From the NCBI GenBank assembly GCA_002269645.1, contig NIVC01000274.1, positions 1 through 64,000 of the forward strand: a stretch of 64,000 nt of DNA. Reading direction: 5' to 3'. The first letter of the stretch is position 1, and each line of letters begins with the position of its first letter. Positions 9,793-20,629 of this stretch are shown here, piece by piece. Source of the stretch: Macrostomum lignano. Its lineage: Eukaryota. The notes beneath the pieces are model-generated. The model was given only the letters and a program-made list of their open reading frames with translations. It was not told where the DNA came from and ran no database searches. The position numbers and the translations under genes were made by a program.

Positions 9793-11868
9793 ATGGCTAA
9801 ACCACTCTTAGCTAGCGAGCTTAACTATCTGAAGGAACAGCCAGAAGAGGAGCAGAATAAGAGCACGCAGTCTTGCGGAAGCAGAGAAAAGATCAGTCAG
9901 GTACAGGAGAAGTCAGAAGACTGGATTAGTGAGATTAACATAGGAACTGAACTGACTCAGGAACAGAGACAAAAGGTGATCGAGGTCGTCAAGGAACATT
10001 CAGCAGCTTTCTCGCAGCACGAGTTAGACTTAGGCAGAACGCATTTAGTCACACATGAAATTATCTTGAAGGATAACAACCCAGTTCAGATACCAGCTAG
10101 GAAGATTCCACCTCATTGGATCAAGGAGGTAGATGAGCAGTTGGATTTCATGTTGGCTAGAGGCATAATTAGGCCTAGTTACTCGCAGTACTCGACTCCA
10201 TTAGTCATAGTACCTAAGAAAGACGGTTCGCTGAGATTAGTTAACGACTATCGAGCACTAAACAATAAATCGGAGTACTTTCCGTATCCAATAACTAATA
10301 TCAATGAAACATTTTCATGTCTCCATGGAGCCAGTCAATTTTCTACGTTAGATCTATTTTCGGGATATTATCAGATAGCTCTTAGGGAAGAAGATAAGTG
10401 CAAGACTAGCTTTCCAACCTTACATCGAGGCTCGTTTGAGTACGAAGTATTGCCAATGGGATTGCAAGGAGCTCCAGGAACTTTTCAAAGGTGCATGAAC
10501 TTAGTTCTTAAGGACATTGCACAAAAGTTCGCCATAGCTTACTTAGACGATGTAATAGTTTATAGTGCAGACTTTGAATCGCATTTAGAAAACCTGAAAG
10601 AAGTGCTCAAGAGACTAATACAAGCTAACATGAAACTAAAGGCTAAGAAATGTCACCTTTTCAAATCAGAATTACAATATCTAGGACACGTCATAGGCAA
10701 AACAGGAATTAAGAGAGATGCGTCGAAATTAGAATCAATTAGGAACTGGCCGAAACCTAAATCTGTGACAGAGCTTCGAAGTTTTCTCGGACTCTGTAAT
10801 TACTATAGAAAATTCGTTAGAGATTTTGCCGAGGTAGCAGCACCACTCTGTGAGTTAACTAAGAAGAACATCAAATGTATCCAGGACAAATGGACCAGGA
10901 TTCATGATGAATGCTTCGAATTGTTGAAGGAACGGATGTGTTCCGAAGAAGTGCTTGCTTACCCAGAGTTCAATACAGACCCCCAAGTTTATTTTGTGTT
11001 AGACACTGATGCATCAGATGTCAGAATTGGGGCGGTCTTGAATCAAGTTCAGAGCGACGGCATAGAAAGACCGATCGCGTATTATAGTCGGAAGATGAGG
11101 CAGTCAGAAACTAGATATCCGATTACGAGGAAGGAGCTTCTAGCGATTGTTGACTCGCTGAAGTATTTTAGATTTTACCTCGTAGGAAAACATTTTAAGG
11201 TGCGCACTGATCACAATGCCCTAACCTGGTTGCTTCGCCAAACCGAACAGACAGGCATTTTAGGTCGTTGGATCGAAAGACTTTCCGAATTTGATTTTGA
11301 GATAGAACATAGGAGTGGCCCTAAACATGTGAATGCTGACGCTCTATCCAGGATCCCTGATCCTCAACCGGAAGAGATGTCCCCACATGCCAGGTCGCTA
11401 AGCTGTAGGGCAACTGTGAATACAGACCCAGCATCAGCTTGTACTGTCAGCTCAGGCAATTCCGCGTTCGCTGAAACCTGTAGCTCGAGCAGTGGAGTTC
11501 CGTCATGCTGTTCGTCACAAGACACTGTCACGAACCGACACAATACTCCGATCTTTAGTAGCAGTAGGCTAGACAATAGACAGGGACAGGAGCCTAAAAC
11601 CGGAAATCCGCCTGCATGCAATGCCCTGCTCAGTGACTATCTCCGTAGCCCAGTTCGCCGTGACCAATTGATCGCAGCACAGCTAGCCGATCCGGCGGTA
11701 GGCTTTGTTAGAAATTTAATTGAGAATGACTCGCCTAAACCGACATTTCAAGAACGACTAGAGTTAACCCACGACTGTAGGAACCTCTTAGGTTACTATG
11801 AGTTGCTCAGAATTGAGGACGGCGTACTCAAAGTAGACTTATCTATGGGGCAGACTGATCCAAAGTAG
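9793..11868 (+). CDS. pol: Pol: reverse transcriptase and RNase H
   Basis: LDLFSGYYQI, FEYEVLPMGL, YLDD catalytic motif, LDTDASD and ELLAIV RNase H motifs, TDH..L.WL. Confidence 0.96.
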   Translation: MAKPLLASELNYLKEQPEEEQNKSTQSCGSREKISQVQEKSEDWISEINIGTELTQEQRQKVIEVVKEHSAAFSQHELDLGRTHLVTHEIILKDNNPVQIPARKIPPHWIKEVDEQLDFMLARGIIRPSYSQYSTPLVIVPKKDGSLRLVNDYRALNNKSEYFPYPITNINETFSCLHGASQFSTLDLFSGYYQIALREEDKCKTSFPTLHRGSFEYEVLPMGLQGAPGTFQRCMNLVLKDIAQKFAIAYLDDVIVYSADFESHLENLKEVLKRLIQANMKLKAKKCHLFKSELQYLGHVIGKTGIKRDASKLESIRNWPKPKSVTELRSFLGLCNYYRKFVRDFAEVAAPLCELTKKNIKCIQDKWTRIHDECFELLKERMCSEEVLAYPEFNTDPQVYFVLDTDASDVRIGAVLNQVQSDGIERPIAYYSRKMRQSETRYPITRKELLAIVDSLKYFRFYLVGKHFKVRTDHNALTWLLRQTEQTGILGRWIERLSEFDFEIEHRSGPKHVNADALSRIPDPQPEEMSPHARSLSCRATVNTDPASACTVSSGNSAFAETCSSSSGVPSCCSSQDTVTNRHNTPIFSSSRLDNRQGQEPKTGNPPACNALLSDYLRSPVRRDQLIAAQLADPAVGFVRNLIENDSPKPTFQERLELTHDCRNLLGYYELLRIEDGVLKVDLSMGQTDPK

Positions 11869-13454
11869 TGTTGCCCAAGTCTCTGGATAGTGAAGTCTTT
11901 CACCAATTCCATGATTCACCGTTAGCGGGACACCTAGGTCGAGATAAAACTTATCAGAGAATTAAAATTCGATTTTGGAGGCCAGGATTAGCAACAGCAG
12001 TTGAACGCTACGTAGCCAAATGTAAATCATGCCTAGAAAGCAAAACTAGAAGAAGAATTAAGGCACCAATTCAGAACTATCCTGTAGTCGAACCGTTCGG
12101 TAGATTGCACATAGATCTAATAGGACCTATTGGCCAAACTAGCAAATCAGGAAACAAATATGTACTTTCAGTCATAGACAGCACTAGCAAATTTCCATTC
12201 GCATTCGCAATTAGGAATCAGAAGGCTAAAACAGTTATCAAAATTCTACAAGAACGAGTTTTCGCTGATTTTGGGATTCCACAATGGATTCACACAGACC
12301 AGGGAACACAGTTCACTGGTAGGGCCTTTAAGAAATTTTTAGACCTCCATGGCATTAGACACACTCGAACAACTAGTTATCATCCGCAGAGCAATGGCTT
12401 AGTAGAAAACCTTAATAAGCAGATTAAATCAATTCTCACCTGTTTACTGGAGAAGGAGCATTCCAACTGGGACGTTCTGTTGCCAGGTTGCATAACAGCT
12501 CTGAGAACCAGCACGCACACTGCCACAGGATTTAGTCCGCACTATTTAGTCTTTGGACGAGAGGCCAGAATGCCCTGTGACAATGAGCTGAACGAGCCAA
12601 AGCAGTTTCAGGACCTGCCATCTTATGTCCAGGAACATCAGCAGAATCTGCAGGAAGGCCAAGAACTAGCAAGAAAGAGATTAAAATTAGTGCAGCAAAA
12701 CCGTGAGCAGGAGTACTCTAATAAGCCTAAGCCGAAAACATTGCCTGTAGGAAGCTTAGTATTTATCAATAATCCAGTAATTGCTAACACAGAAGCTAAC
12801 AAATTTCACAGAAAACAAAGGGCAGTTTACGAAATTGTAGAACAATTATCAGAAGTAGTCTTTAAGATTAGACCAGTTACCAAAAATAAGAAGGCTAGAA
12901 AGGAAGAACTTATTATGCATAGGGATAATTTAATGAAAGTACCGCAAGCAGATTATCCGGAAGAAGAAGCGAGTACTAAGCCAAAAGAGCAGAGGAAACA
13001 ATACAATAGGGAACAGCTAGCCAATAGCCAGCCGAATGTGTACAATGACTCAGAAAGTGAAGACGAGTACGAAGACGCAGTGCAGTTTATGCCAGTGCAG
13101 CATCAAAATAATGAGCAGTTTATGCCAGTACAGCATCAAAATAATGAGCAGTTTATGCCAGTACAGCATCAAAATAATGAGCAGTTTATGCCAGTGCAAA
13201 ATCAAAATAATGTGCAGTCAGTGCCAAATCAACAAGTGCAGCATCAAAATAATAATCAAAATAATTTAGTAGGTGTACAAGGAGTTATGCCGGTACAATT
13301 AAATAATAATTTAGGGATTAATTTAGAAGCTAGGCCAGCGAGAGAGCGTCATGCTCCAGATAGATTAACAGTCAGGCCAAATCAGAAAAGTTATGTGCAG
13401 AGGATAGCGGAGTTGTTTAACCCATTTAACCTCTTGCAGCCGAAATCCCAATAA
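11868..13454 (+). CDS. pol: Pol: integrase (HHCC, DDE core, GPY/F-like module) with Q/N-rich repetitive tail; frameshifted relative to RT-RH
   Basis: HDSPLAGHLG...CKSC zinc finger; HIDLIGP, HTDQGTQF, YHPQSNGLVE; ends at TAA 13452-13454. Confidence 0.95.
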   Translation: MLPKSLDSEVFHQFHDSPLAGHLGRDKTYQRIKIRFWRPGLATAVERYVAKCKSCLESKTRRRIKAPIQNYPVVEPFGRLHIDLIGPIGQTSKSGNKYVLSVIDSTSKFPFAFAIRNQKAKTVIKILQERVFADFGIPQWIHTDQGTQFTGRAFKKFLDLHGIRHTRTTSYHPQSNGLVENLNKQIKSILTCLLEKEHSNWDVLLPGCITALRTSTHTATGFSPHYLVFGREARMPCDNELNEPKQFQDLPSYVQEHQQNLQEGQELARKRLKLVQQNREQEYSNKPKPKTLPVGSLVFINNPVIANTEANKFHRKQRAVYEIVEQLSEVVFKIRPVTKNKKARKEELIMHRDNLMKVPQADYPEEEASTKPKEQRKQYNREQLANSQPNVYNDSESEDEYEDAVQFMPVQHQNNEQFMPVQHQNNEQFMPVQHQNNEQFMPVQNQNNVQSVPNQQVQHQNNNQNNLVGVQGVMPVQLNNNLGINLEARPARERHAPDRLTVRPNQKSYVQRIAELFNPFNLLQPKSQ

Positions 13455-13457
13455 ATC

Positions 13458-14186
13458 ATGGCCGAAGCCCCTCTTCGGGTGTATCCAAGGAAACGCATCT
13501 ATGGCCAAAGAAGAAGACAGGAGCAAGACGAAAATGAGCCCCCAAGAATTAGGGCTGTTCAAGAAGTAAGCGATAGTGTCGCGACAAGCGGTAAAAAGCG
13601 GAAATTAGAGCAACCGGAAGAGAGCGGTGAGCCCGAAGGAAAACTGGTCGTGGACATAGACTTGGAAGAGTTGGAAAGGGAGACGGAAAGAGAGGAAGAA
13701 GCGTTCCGAGAGGAGATGACCAGATTCATGGAAGAGGTGCGACAGTATGAGGAAGGAAGCCAGCAGGAAGACGGATTAGAGGAAGAAGAAGAGCGACAGC
13801 AACCAGCAGAGGAGCCAGCCGAGCCGCAAGTAGACCCAGAGGAGCAAAAGAGGAAGTTTAGACGCTGCCGCCGGGCCCTCAAGAAGTACATACTAAGGAC
13901 GGGTAAGACCGGTATGTTTGAAACCGAATTACCCGAAGCCTGCACGCGTTTCTTAACGACAGCAACCAAGGAGGAGGCAATTAAGTGCTACGAAATAGCC
14001 TGTACCTATTGCCTCCAATATGCGGAAAGTAACGCACGCGGCCCCTTCTGTATGAGCGTCACCATGGAGCAACTAGAGTTCTTGGCGGGAAAATTCGACC
14101 CGGAGCGCCAAATGATCCCGGTCAACGGCTTATTGTATGCATCGGCGCAAAACACTAATAATCTTCGGCCTGTACACGACATCTAA
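13458..14186 (+). CDS. Retrotransposon ORF3: 242-aa acidic, NLS-bearing protein with Cys-containing C-terminal half; not env-like
   Basis: ATG in strong context (ATC ATG G) 3 nt after the pol stop; upstream acceptor-like TTTAAC-CTCTTGCAG (AG 13438-13439); PRKR, KKRK and KRKFRR basic clusters; E-rich middle; no signal peptide or TM helix visible. Confidence 0.8.
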   Translation: MAEAPLRVYPRKRIYGQRRRQEQDENEPPRIRAVQEVSDSVATSGKKRKLEQPEESGEPEGKLVVDIDLEELERETEREEEAFREEMTRFMEEVRQYEEGSQQEDGLEEEEERQQPAEEPAEPQVDPEEQKRKFRRCRRALKKYILRTGKTGMFETELPEACTRFLTTATKEEAIKCYEIACTYCLQYAESNARGPFCMSVTMEQLEFLAGKFDPERQMIPVNGLLYASAQNTNNLRPVHDI

Positions 14187-14712
14187 CTAGGGTAATCGAA
14201 CTGCATTTTACTATATATTGGCTATTTTTACCATCTCTTGGGACAAATTGCATTAAATCGCTGCCTTGCTTTAATCATAGCACTTCCTTTTTTTTTTTTA
14301 CATAAGGACCTGTCCACATTTTACGTTGCGTGCAATTTTCTATTTTTGATATGTCTACATGTTATTCTTAATAGTGCCAACATTACTCAATCCGATGCTA
14401 ATAAGACACACACCACTTATGCTTATATCTTGTTGTTGTAGTGTGCTGAAAATTTTTTTTTTTCTTTGTTTTGTTTTAGCAATATAGCAATATGCAACTT
14501 AATATCAATAATTCATTATATATCCTGCATTGTACTCTAATTGTCTAGGAATTCATGTTTACGCATTACATTTTCATATTCATAATAGTTGCTTACTTAA
14601 TCCCTATATTCAGTACATCGCTGATAAGCGCACTAATACTTATTACGTAACTAAAATTTTGAAAATAAATATAATCATCAATGTACAAAAGGGGGTTTTG
14701 CACATTTTGTTT

Positions 14713-14725
14713 AGCGAGGGGGAGG
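14713..14725 (+). promoter_or_regulatory. Polypurine tract
   Basis: AGCGAGGGGGAGG immediately before the 3' LTR TG. Confidence 0.9.
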
Positions 14726-15298
14726 TGTAGTAGGGCATTATTTTAGAAACGGAAATTTTACAGGTTTAGATATGCTTTTACCCTACTATCAGTAGTTTCA
14801 ACCCGGGGAAATAATTAGAGCGGGGTTAAGTGGATAAAATTGGGGTTCCATTAGAAATACAGAGCAGTTGGGCTCTCGGGAAAGAAAACTCGGACCTTCG
14901 TTGGAGTGTCTTCTCCTGTTTAAACTTAGAGAGTTCACGAAGAAGTGGTAAGGAAAGGGAAATATAAGGGATAGGCTTGCACAGAGGAGTCTTGCCTCTA
15001 AAAACTGGGAGTCTTGCCCAAGCACTATAGCAGGAATAAGGAAATAGGGAATTAATGTAAAAGCAAAACTAACTTTTGTACCGTAATTCACTTTTCTATT
15101 ATAAAATTTTTTTTGTGTTAACTAAATCCAAATTGGTGTCCTGACTTGGTTCTTTAAGCCTAAAAGCTAGAATTAAGGAACAGCAGGAACCTGGTGGCAG
15201 CGAACTACCAAACATTAAGCAGTACCACAGATAGCAATCCGCTCATAATCCTTAGCAATAAGAACCAGTAGCTTAGCCGCGGTTACACGCCCATTCCA
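14726..15298 (+). repeat. 3' LTR (573 bp)
   Basis: Identical to the 5' LTR; followed by the TSD TAAT. Confidence 0.97.
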
Positions 15299-15664
15299 TA
15301 ATCTTATCTATGATGGTATAGTTACAGTTGGAAGCTCAAGATTTATTTGAGTTAGGCCTAAATAATGCGTCATTGAATCTTGTTCTGTTTGCACTGAGCC
15401 AGTAAGCCTGAGTATCAGATAACTGTTAGGACCAGCCTAGCCCTGAGCTAGAGGGCTAAAATCATCCTATACTATATATGATGACCATAGAATTAACTAA
15501 AGACAAAGTTGCAAAATAATATACAAAAGTCACTAAGTAGTCACTGATCAAAATCATCACAATCCTTGGGGCATTTTTTATTGCCTTTGTGTTTTGCTTC
15601 TATTGCTAACATTGAAGATTGATTGATGTCTCTTTTCCCTCTGATATAAACCTTGGTAGCAATA

Positions 15665-15977
15665 TGGCAATGGCTAGAGTTCTAATAGGGCCTATTGGAA
15701 CCTATTTTCTAATAGCTATGGATTTGGCAGTCTCCTGCAGGCGGTTACCAGTTATCTACTATTGAAGTCTGAATATTTGAACTGAAGTATTTTGTTTTGA
15801 ATCTCATCATATCATTTTTATCTTATCTTGAACAAAATTTCAATATCAACCAACCACCTAGTAAAAAATGTTTACTGCTATATTATACCTATAAATTGCA
15901 CTACTAGAATACCACTGCTAGATCCATAGCCATTAGATAAAAAATTAGTTCTAAATCTAGAACTGTAGCCATTGCCA
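15665..15977. mobile_element. MITE-like element with long imperfect inverted ends
   Basis: TGGCAATGGCTAGAGTTCTA (15665-15684) vs TAGAACTGTAGCCATTGCCA (15958-15977), 1 mismatch; inner segments also complementary; no clear TSD. Confidence 0.55.
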
Positions 15978-16583
15978 AATTTTGGCTATGCCTACATAAC
16001 ATACCTATTCATGATAATATTATAAAACTAGAAATATAGCAGTATAGCTTAGGCCTATCTAACAAATAGTATGGGGCCTAAGAAAATAAATTTGAACAAA
16101 CATTTTTTTGATAATGCATTGACAACATAAAAAATTAGGCTTTTATATTATAGGGCCTATACTTTTATTAGTATTGGTATTTATTTTTAATACCAAATCA
16201 GGACTAAATCACTAAGTAATTAAATAATTGTCTTCAATATATTAATAATATAGAATAGGCCTAGGCCCTAATCAATTTTTAATGATTTTATCTATTGTAT
16301 TTTATCTAATGCTAATATATAAAATAATTTGTTATAATGTATCTCACTATTGGAATAGCATTTAAAATCCTATGGATATGCAACATAGGTTTATAAACAT
16401 TATGTTTAGGTGCAGTAAATGTTATATGAATATAATAAATTTCGTGCTAGGGTGGTATAACATAAAAATTTAATAACTTTGTATAGTAGATAGGTATATA
16501 CCATACATGCAATTATTCTAATAGGGATATTTAATATTTTTTGTTCTATTTATTATCCAAACCAATAGAATTAATATAATTAG

Positions 16584-17388
16584 TAGAGCCTGACTGAGAT
16601 TTTTATCTCAAATGGTTAGGACCCTTGTGTTTTTTCAGATTCCAAACCATGTCGGGAATTGAAAAAGGTCAGCAAGATTAATAAAAAGTTTTTACATTTT
16701 AAGTATACTATAAAAATTGTTTAGAAGCAATTTTAAAAAGACTAAATAAGGCAAGTATGCCAAATTAATTTGTTTGTTTAGTTCAAAGTTATTCTGATTT
16801 CTTAGAATATGTTCACTTAAATGAATAAATTAACTTATTCAGACAAAAAGTAATTGAAAAGCAATATTTTGTGCTAAAAGAGTTATTTGAAAATCTATGG
16901 TTACTGGAAATACTAACAAAATAAAAAAATATAGTCTAGTGCATTAAAAGTATAACAATAGTCAATTAGAGCAAGGTTGAGGTTTGAAATTCATTAACTA
17001 CTAAATTTTTATTCTATTTGCTATTCAACTTGAAAAGCAAATTTCAAGCTATTCAAAACTCAACTTGACCAACTTCAGTACTCAACTTGACCAAAACCTA
17101 AGTTTGTCTAGGCTCTACATTCTAGTAGTATTAACTTATAATACTACAAGTTAGGCTAATGAAATATAGTAGTAGTAATATCACTTGACTACTAATACTA
17201 ATTAGTACATATGCCTAGGGCTTATATATTATAATAAATGCATCCTTAGCCATCCTATATCTAAATAAGCCTAGATGCCAATTGTAGACCTTGATCCCGA
17301 TCCTGACCAATCCTTAGTCCAGACTTTTATGAATTCAATTCTACCCAATCCTACCCAACTAGATTTTTCCTATCCTAGTCGGGCTTTA
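16584..17388. mobile_element. hAT-type MITE (805 bp)
   Basis: TIR TAGAGCCTGACT / AGTCGGGCTTTA; 8-bp flanks ATAATTAG and ATAATAAG (7/8). Confidence 0.6.
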
Positions 17389-18280
17389 ATAATAAGATTG
17401 CTAGATTTTATGATTATATTTATTACAATTTTTGTATACTATGACCTCTTAGTCTGTCTTTGATATAATAGTATAAAGTTAATAGCAGATTTTGTTTGCA
17501 ATGCCTCTAATACTTAGTAAATCTTAATAAAGACATTTAATAGACAGCAACATGCCATATACATGAAATAATTCCTCATAGATATACTATACTCCTATAT
17601 AGTCATACATATAGAAATGAAAACCTATAAGAAAAATAAACATTTGATATGCTGTAATGCAGTTATTATTAAAACATTAAAATTCTTTTTATTAAGATTT
17701 ACTAACATTGGAAGAAGTGCAGACAAAATCTATGTAGCTAAATGCACTACAGTAAAAAAACATTGTGGTTTAACATTGGCAGGAAAAGCTCAGTAGCCAA
17801 TTTGCTCACAGCCAATTCACCTATGGGCAAAATGTACTATATAGGCAAATTTGATAGGATATGCTTGGCAAACAACTCTCAATGGATCTGGAAAAGTAGA
17901 TATGTCATAACACAAACTAAACCTAGAATCTGGGCATTCTGGGGATTCATTCTTTTAGTGTAAGTCACATTCATTTGTGTATACAGTTTCAATCAAAGGG
18001 GACAAAGGCAAGGCGATAGATCTGCTAAGAGAGGGCTAAAAAACATGGCTAGAGGGGTGGCCTAACCTAACAATCTGGCCAACCCTTTTAGCACTGTAGC
18101 CAATCACATTTTATGGTGATTAAGCAATTGAACCAAACAGTTCAATTAGGCACAATTGATTTCAAACAATGACAAATTTGCCAATGGAAAAAGTTATGCA
18201 GAAAGTAAAGTACAAAATTGTTTTTTATGAACAAATCCTGTTTTTTATGCGTCTATAAACTTAGCGCCCTAGTAAGAGGC

Positions 18281-20607
18281 ATGGAAGCACTAACTGAGAA
18301 GTATAACAATTTGATGAAGCTTGGCGATCCAAGAACTCGCGATTGGTTTCTAATGGCAAGCCCAATACCATCCGCTCTGATCTGCCTTCTCTATGTATTA
18401 GCTATCATTGTGGGCATGCGGGCTATGCAGAATCGCCAAGCAATGGGCCTGCGCTACCCAATGATTGTGTACAATTTCTGCATGGTCGCCCTTAGCGGCT
18501 ATCTGGTATTCGAGTTCCTGGCCTCTGGCTGGCTGGCCGGCTACAGCCTCAGCTGTCAGCCTGTAGACTATTCCAACTCGCCGCAGGCTACTAGAATGGC
18601 CAGAGCCTGCTATCTGTTCTATTTCTCCAAGTTTATTGAACTGGCCGATACCGTGTTCTTTGTGCTCAGGTTTGTCACCCTTCTTTATTGTACTGATTCT
18701 TTTTCATTCAGTGTGATTTGATCTTCTATCCTTCAGTTCCTCAGTGCCGATTTCGACCTTGCCGTCTTTTCAGTCTCGCATAGCTAGACTCGCATTTTCA
18801 CCCTCTAAAATCAATGTCCTTTAGTGTCAATTTTACCATGATGCCCCTGTCCTTCAGTGTCCATCATTAGCCTTCGATCCCCTCTCCTTCAGTGTCCATC
18901 ATTAACCTTCGATCCCCTGTCCCTCAGTGTCCATCATTAGCCTTTGATCCTCTGTCCTTCAGTGTCCATCATTAGCCTTTGATCCCCTGTCCTTCAGTGT
19001 CCATCATTAGCCTTCGATCCCCTCTCCTTCAGTGTCCATCATTAGCCTTCGATCCCCCACCACTCCTTCAGTGTCCATCATTAGCCTTTGATCCCCTGTC
19101 CTTCAGTGTCCATCATTAACCTTCGATCCCCCACCACTCCTTCAGTGTCCATCATTAACCTTCAATCCCCTGTCCCTCAGTGTCCATCATTAGCCTTTGA
19201 TCCTCTGTCCTTCAGTGTCCATCGTTAACCTTCGATCCCCCACCACTGTCCTTCAGTGTCCATCATTAACCTTCGATCCCCCACCACTGTCCTTCAGTGT
19301 CCATCATTAACCTTCGATCCCCCACCACTGTCCTTCAGTGTCCATCATTAACCTTCGATCCCCCACCACTGTCCTTCAGTGTCCATCGTTAACCTTCGAT
19401 CCCCCACCACTGTCCTTCAGTGTCCATCATTAACCTTCGGTACCCACCACTGTCCTTCAGTGTCCATCATTAACCTTCGGTACCCACCACTGTCCTTCAG
19501 TGTCCATCATTAACCTTCAATCCCCTGTCCCTCAGTGTCCATCATTAGCCTTTGATCCTCTGTCCTTCAGTGTCCATCATTAACCTTCGATCCCCCACCA
19601 CTGTCCTTCAGTGTCCATCATTAACCTTCGATCCCCCCACCCCTGTCCTTCAGTTTCCATCATTAACCTTCGGTACCCACCACTGTCCTTCAGTGTCCAT
19701 CATTAACCTTCGATCCCCTGTCCCTCAGTGTCCATCATTAGCCCTCGCTAAGCCCTATTGTACAGCCCCCATCCCAGTGTCAATTTTGACATTTGATGTG
19801 TCATTTAAATGGATGATATCTGATAGCTTGGAACTGTTGGGTGTTAAGAGAGTGCACAGAGGCCTTTGGATCCGATTAAAATGTCTCTTAGTGGTGCCAC
19901 TTTATTTTCCTTATTACCTTCTGAAGTGTGGAGTCCCGTCTCTAGCTGTACGAGACAAGCGGGCACCGAATGTTTTTTTGCAAGTATCAAGTTTTTTCTC
20001 TTTCCTCAACAACAGGGCCAAGGGCCAGTGAGCCTATTTTACATATTTGTCCTTTGTACGTGGCTAGCTTTGCAATGCGCTTGGATTTTAGTATCAAATT
20101 ATTGAATTTCTGCTTTGAATTCGCCCTAACAGGAAAAAGTTCAACCAGGTGTCATTTCTACACGTGTTTCACCACGCCATCATGCCGGCCTCCTGGTGGT
20201 TCGGCGTCTATTTTGTACCTGGCGGATTTGGCACATTCCACGCTATGCTGAACTCGTTTATCCACTTCCTCATGTACATGTACTACGGCCTGGCAGCGGC
20301 CGGCTACACAGTCTGGTGGAAACGGTACATGACTAAAATGCAGATTGGCCAGTTCCTGCTAGTCACTGTGCACTCTTGCCAGCTGTTCTTTATTCCATGC
20401 AATTATCCTATCGTGTTTGCCTGGTGGATTCTATCCTATGCTGTTATATTTCTGATTCTATTCGCCAATTTCTACGTTAAAGCTTACGCTGCGGGAAGGC
20501 GGCTGCAGCAGCAGCAGCAGAAGCAGAATGGACACCAGAATGGCGCCCATTCGAAGGAGCGCTTGGCCCACGCTGTCAGCAATGGTAACGGGAAGAAGGC
20601 GGAGTAG
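18281..20607 (+). CDS. ELOVL: Very-long-chain fatty acid elongase (ELOVL1/7-like), 287 aa; exons 18281-18669 and 20133-20607
   Basis: DPRTRDWFLMASP, FSKFIELADTVFFVLR|KKFNQVSFLHVFHH (HxxHH), NSFIHFLMYMYY, C-terminal KKAE ER-retrieval signal; in-phase GT-AG intron. Confidence 0.95.
18843..19745. repeat. Intronic minisatellite, about 35-41-bp unit (CCTTCAGTGTCCATCATTAACCTTCGATCCCCCACCACTGT)
   Basis: Visible tandem array inside the ELOVL intron. Confidence 0.95.
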
Positions 20608-20629
20608 CTTTGTGGTGCAATTTCTGCTT

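Larger units (their letters stand above)
6852..15298 (+). mobile_element. Full-length Ty3/Gypsy LTR retrotransposon (8.45 kb) with gag, pol (PR-RT-RH-IN) and an extra ORF3
   Basis: Two 573-bp TG...CA LTRs, 4-bp TSD TAAT (6848-6851, 15299-15302), PBS, PPT and Gypsy domain order. Confidence 0.97.

Noticed and set aside
13458-14186. ORF3 as an envelope gene
   Set aside because: No signal peptide, furin site/fusion peptide or transmembrane anchor; highly charged.
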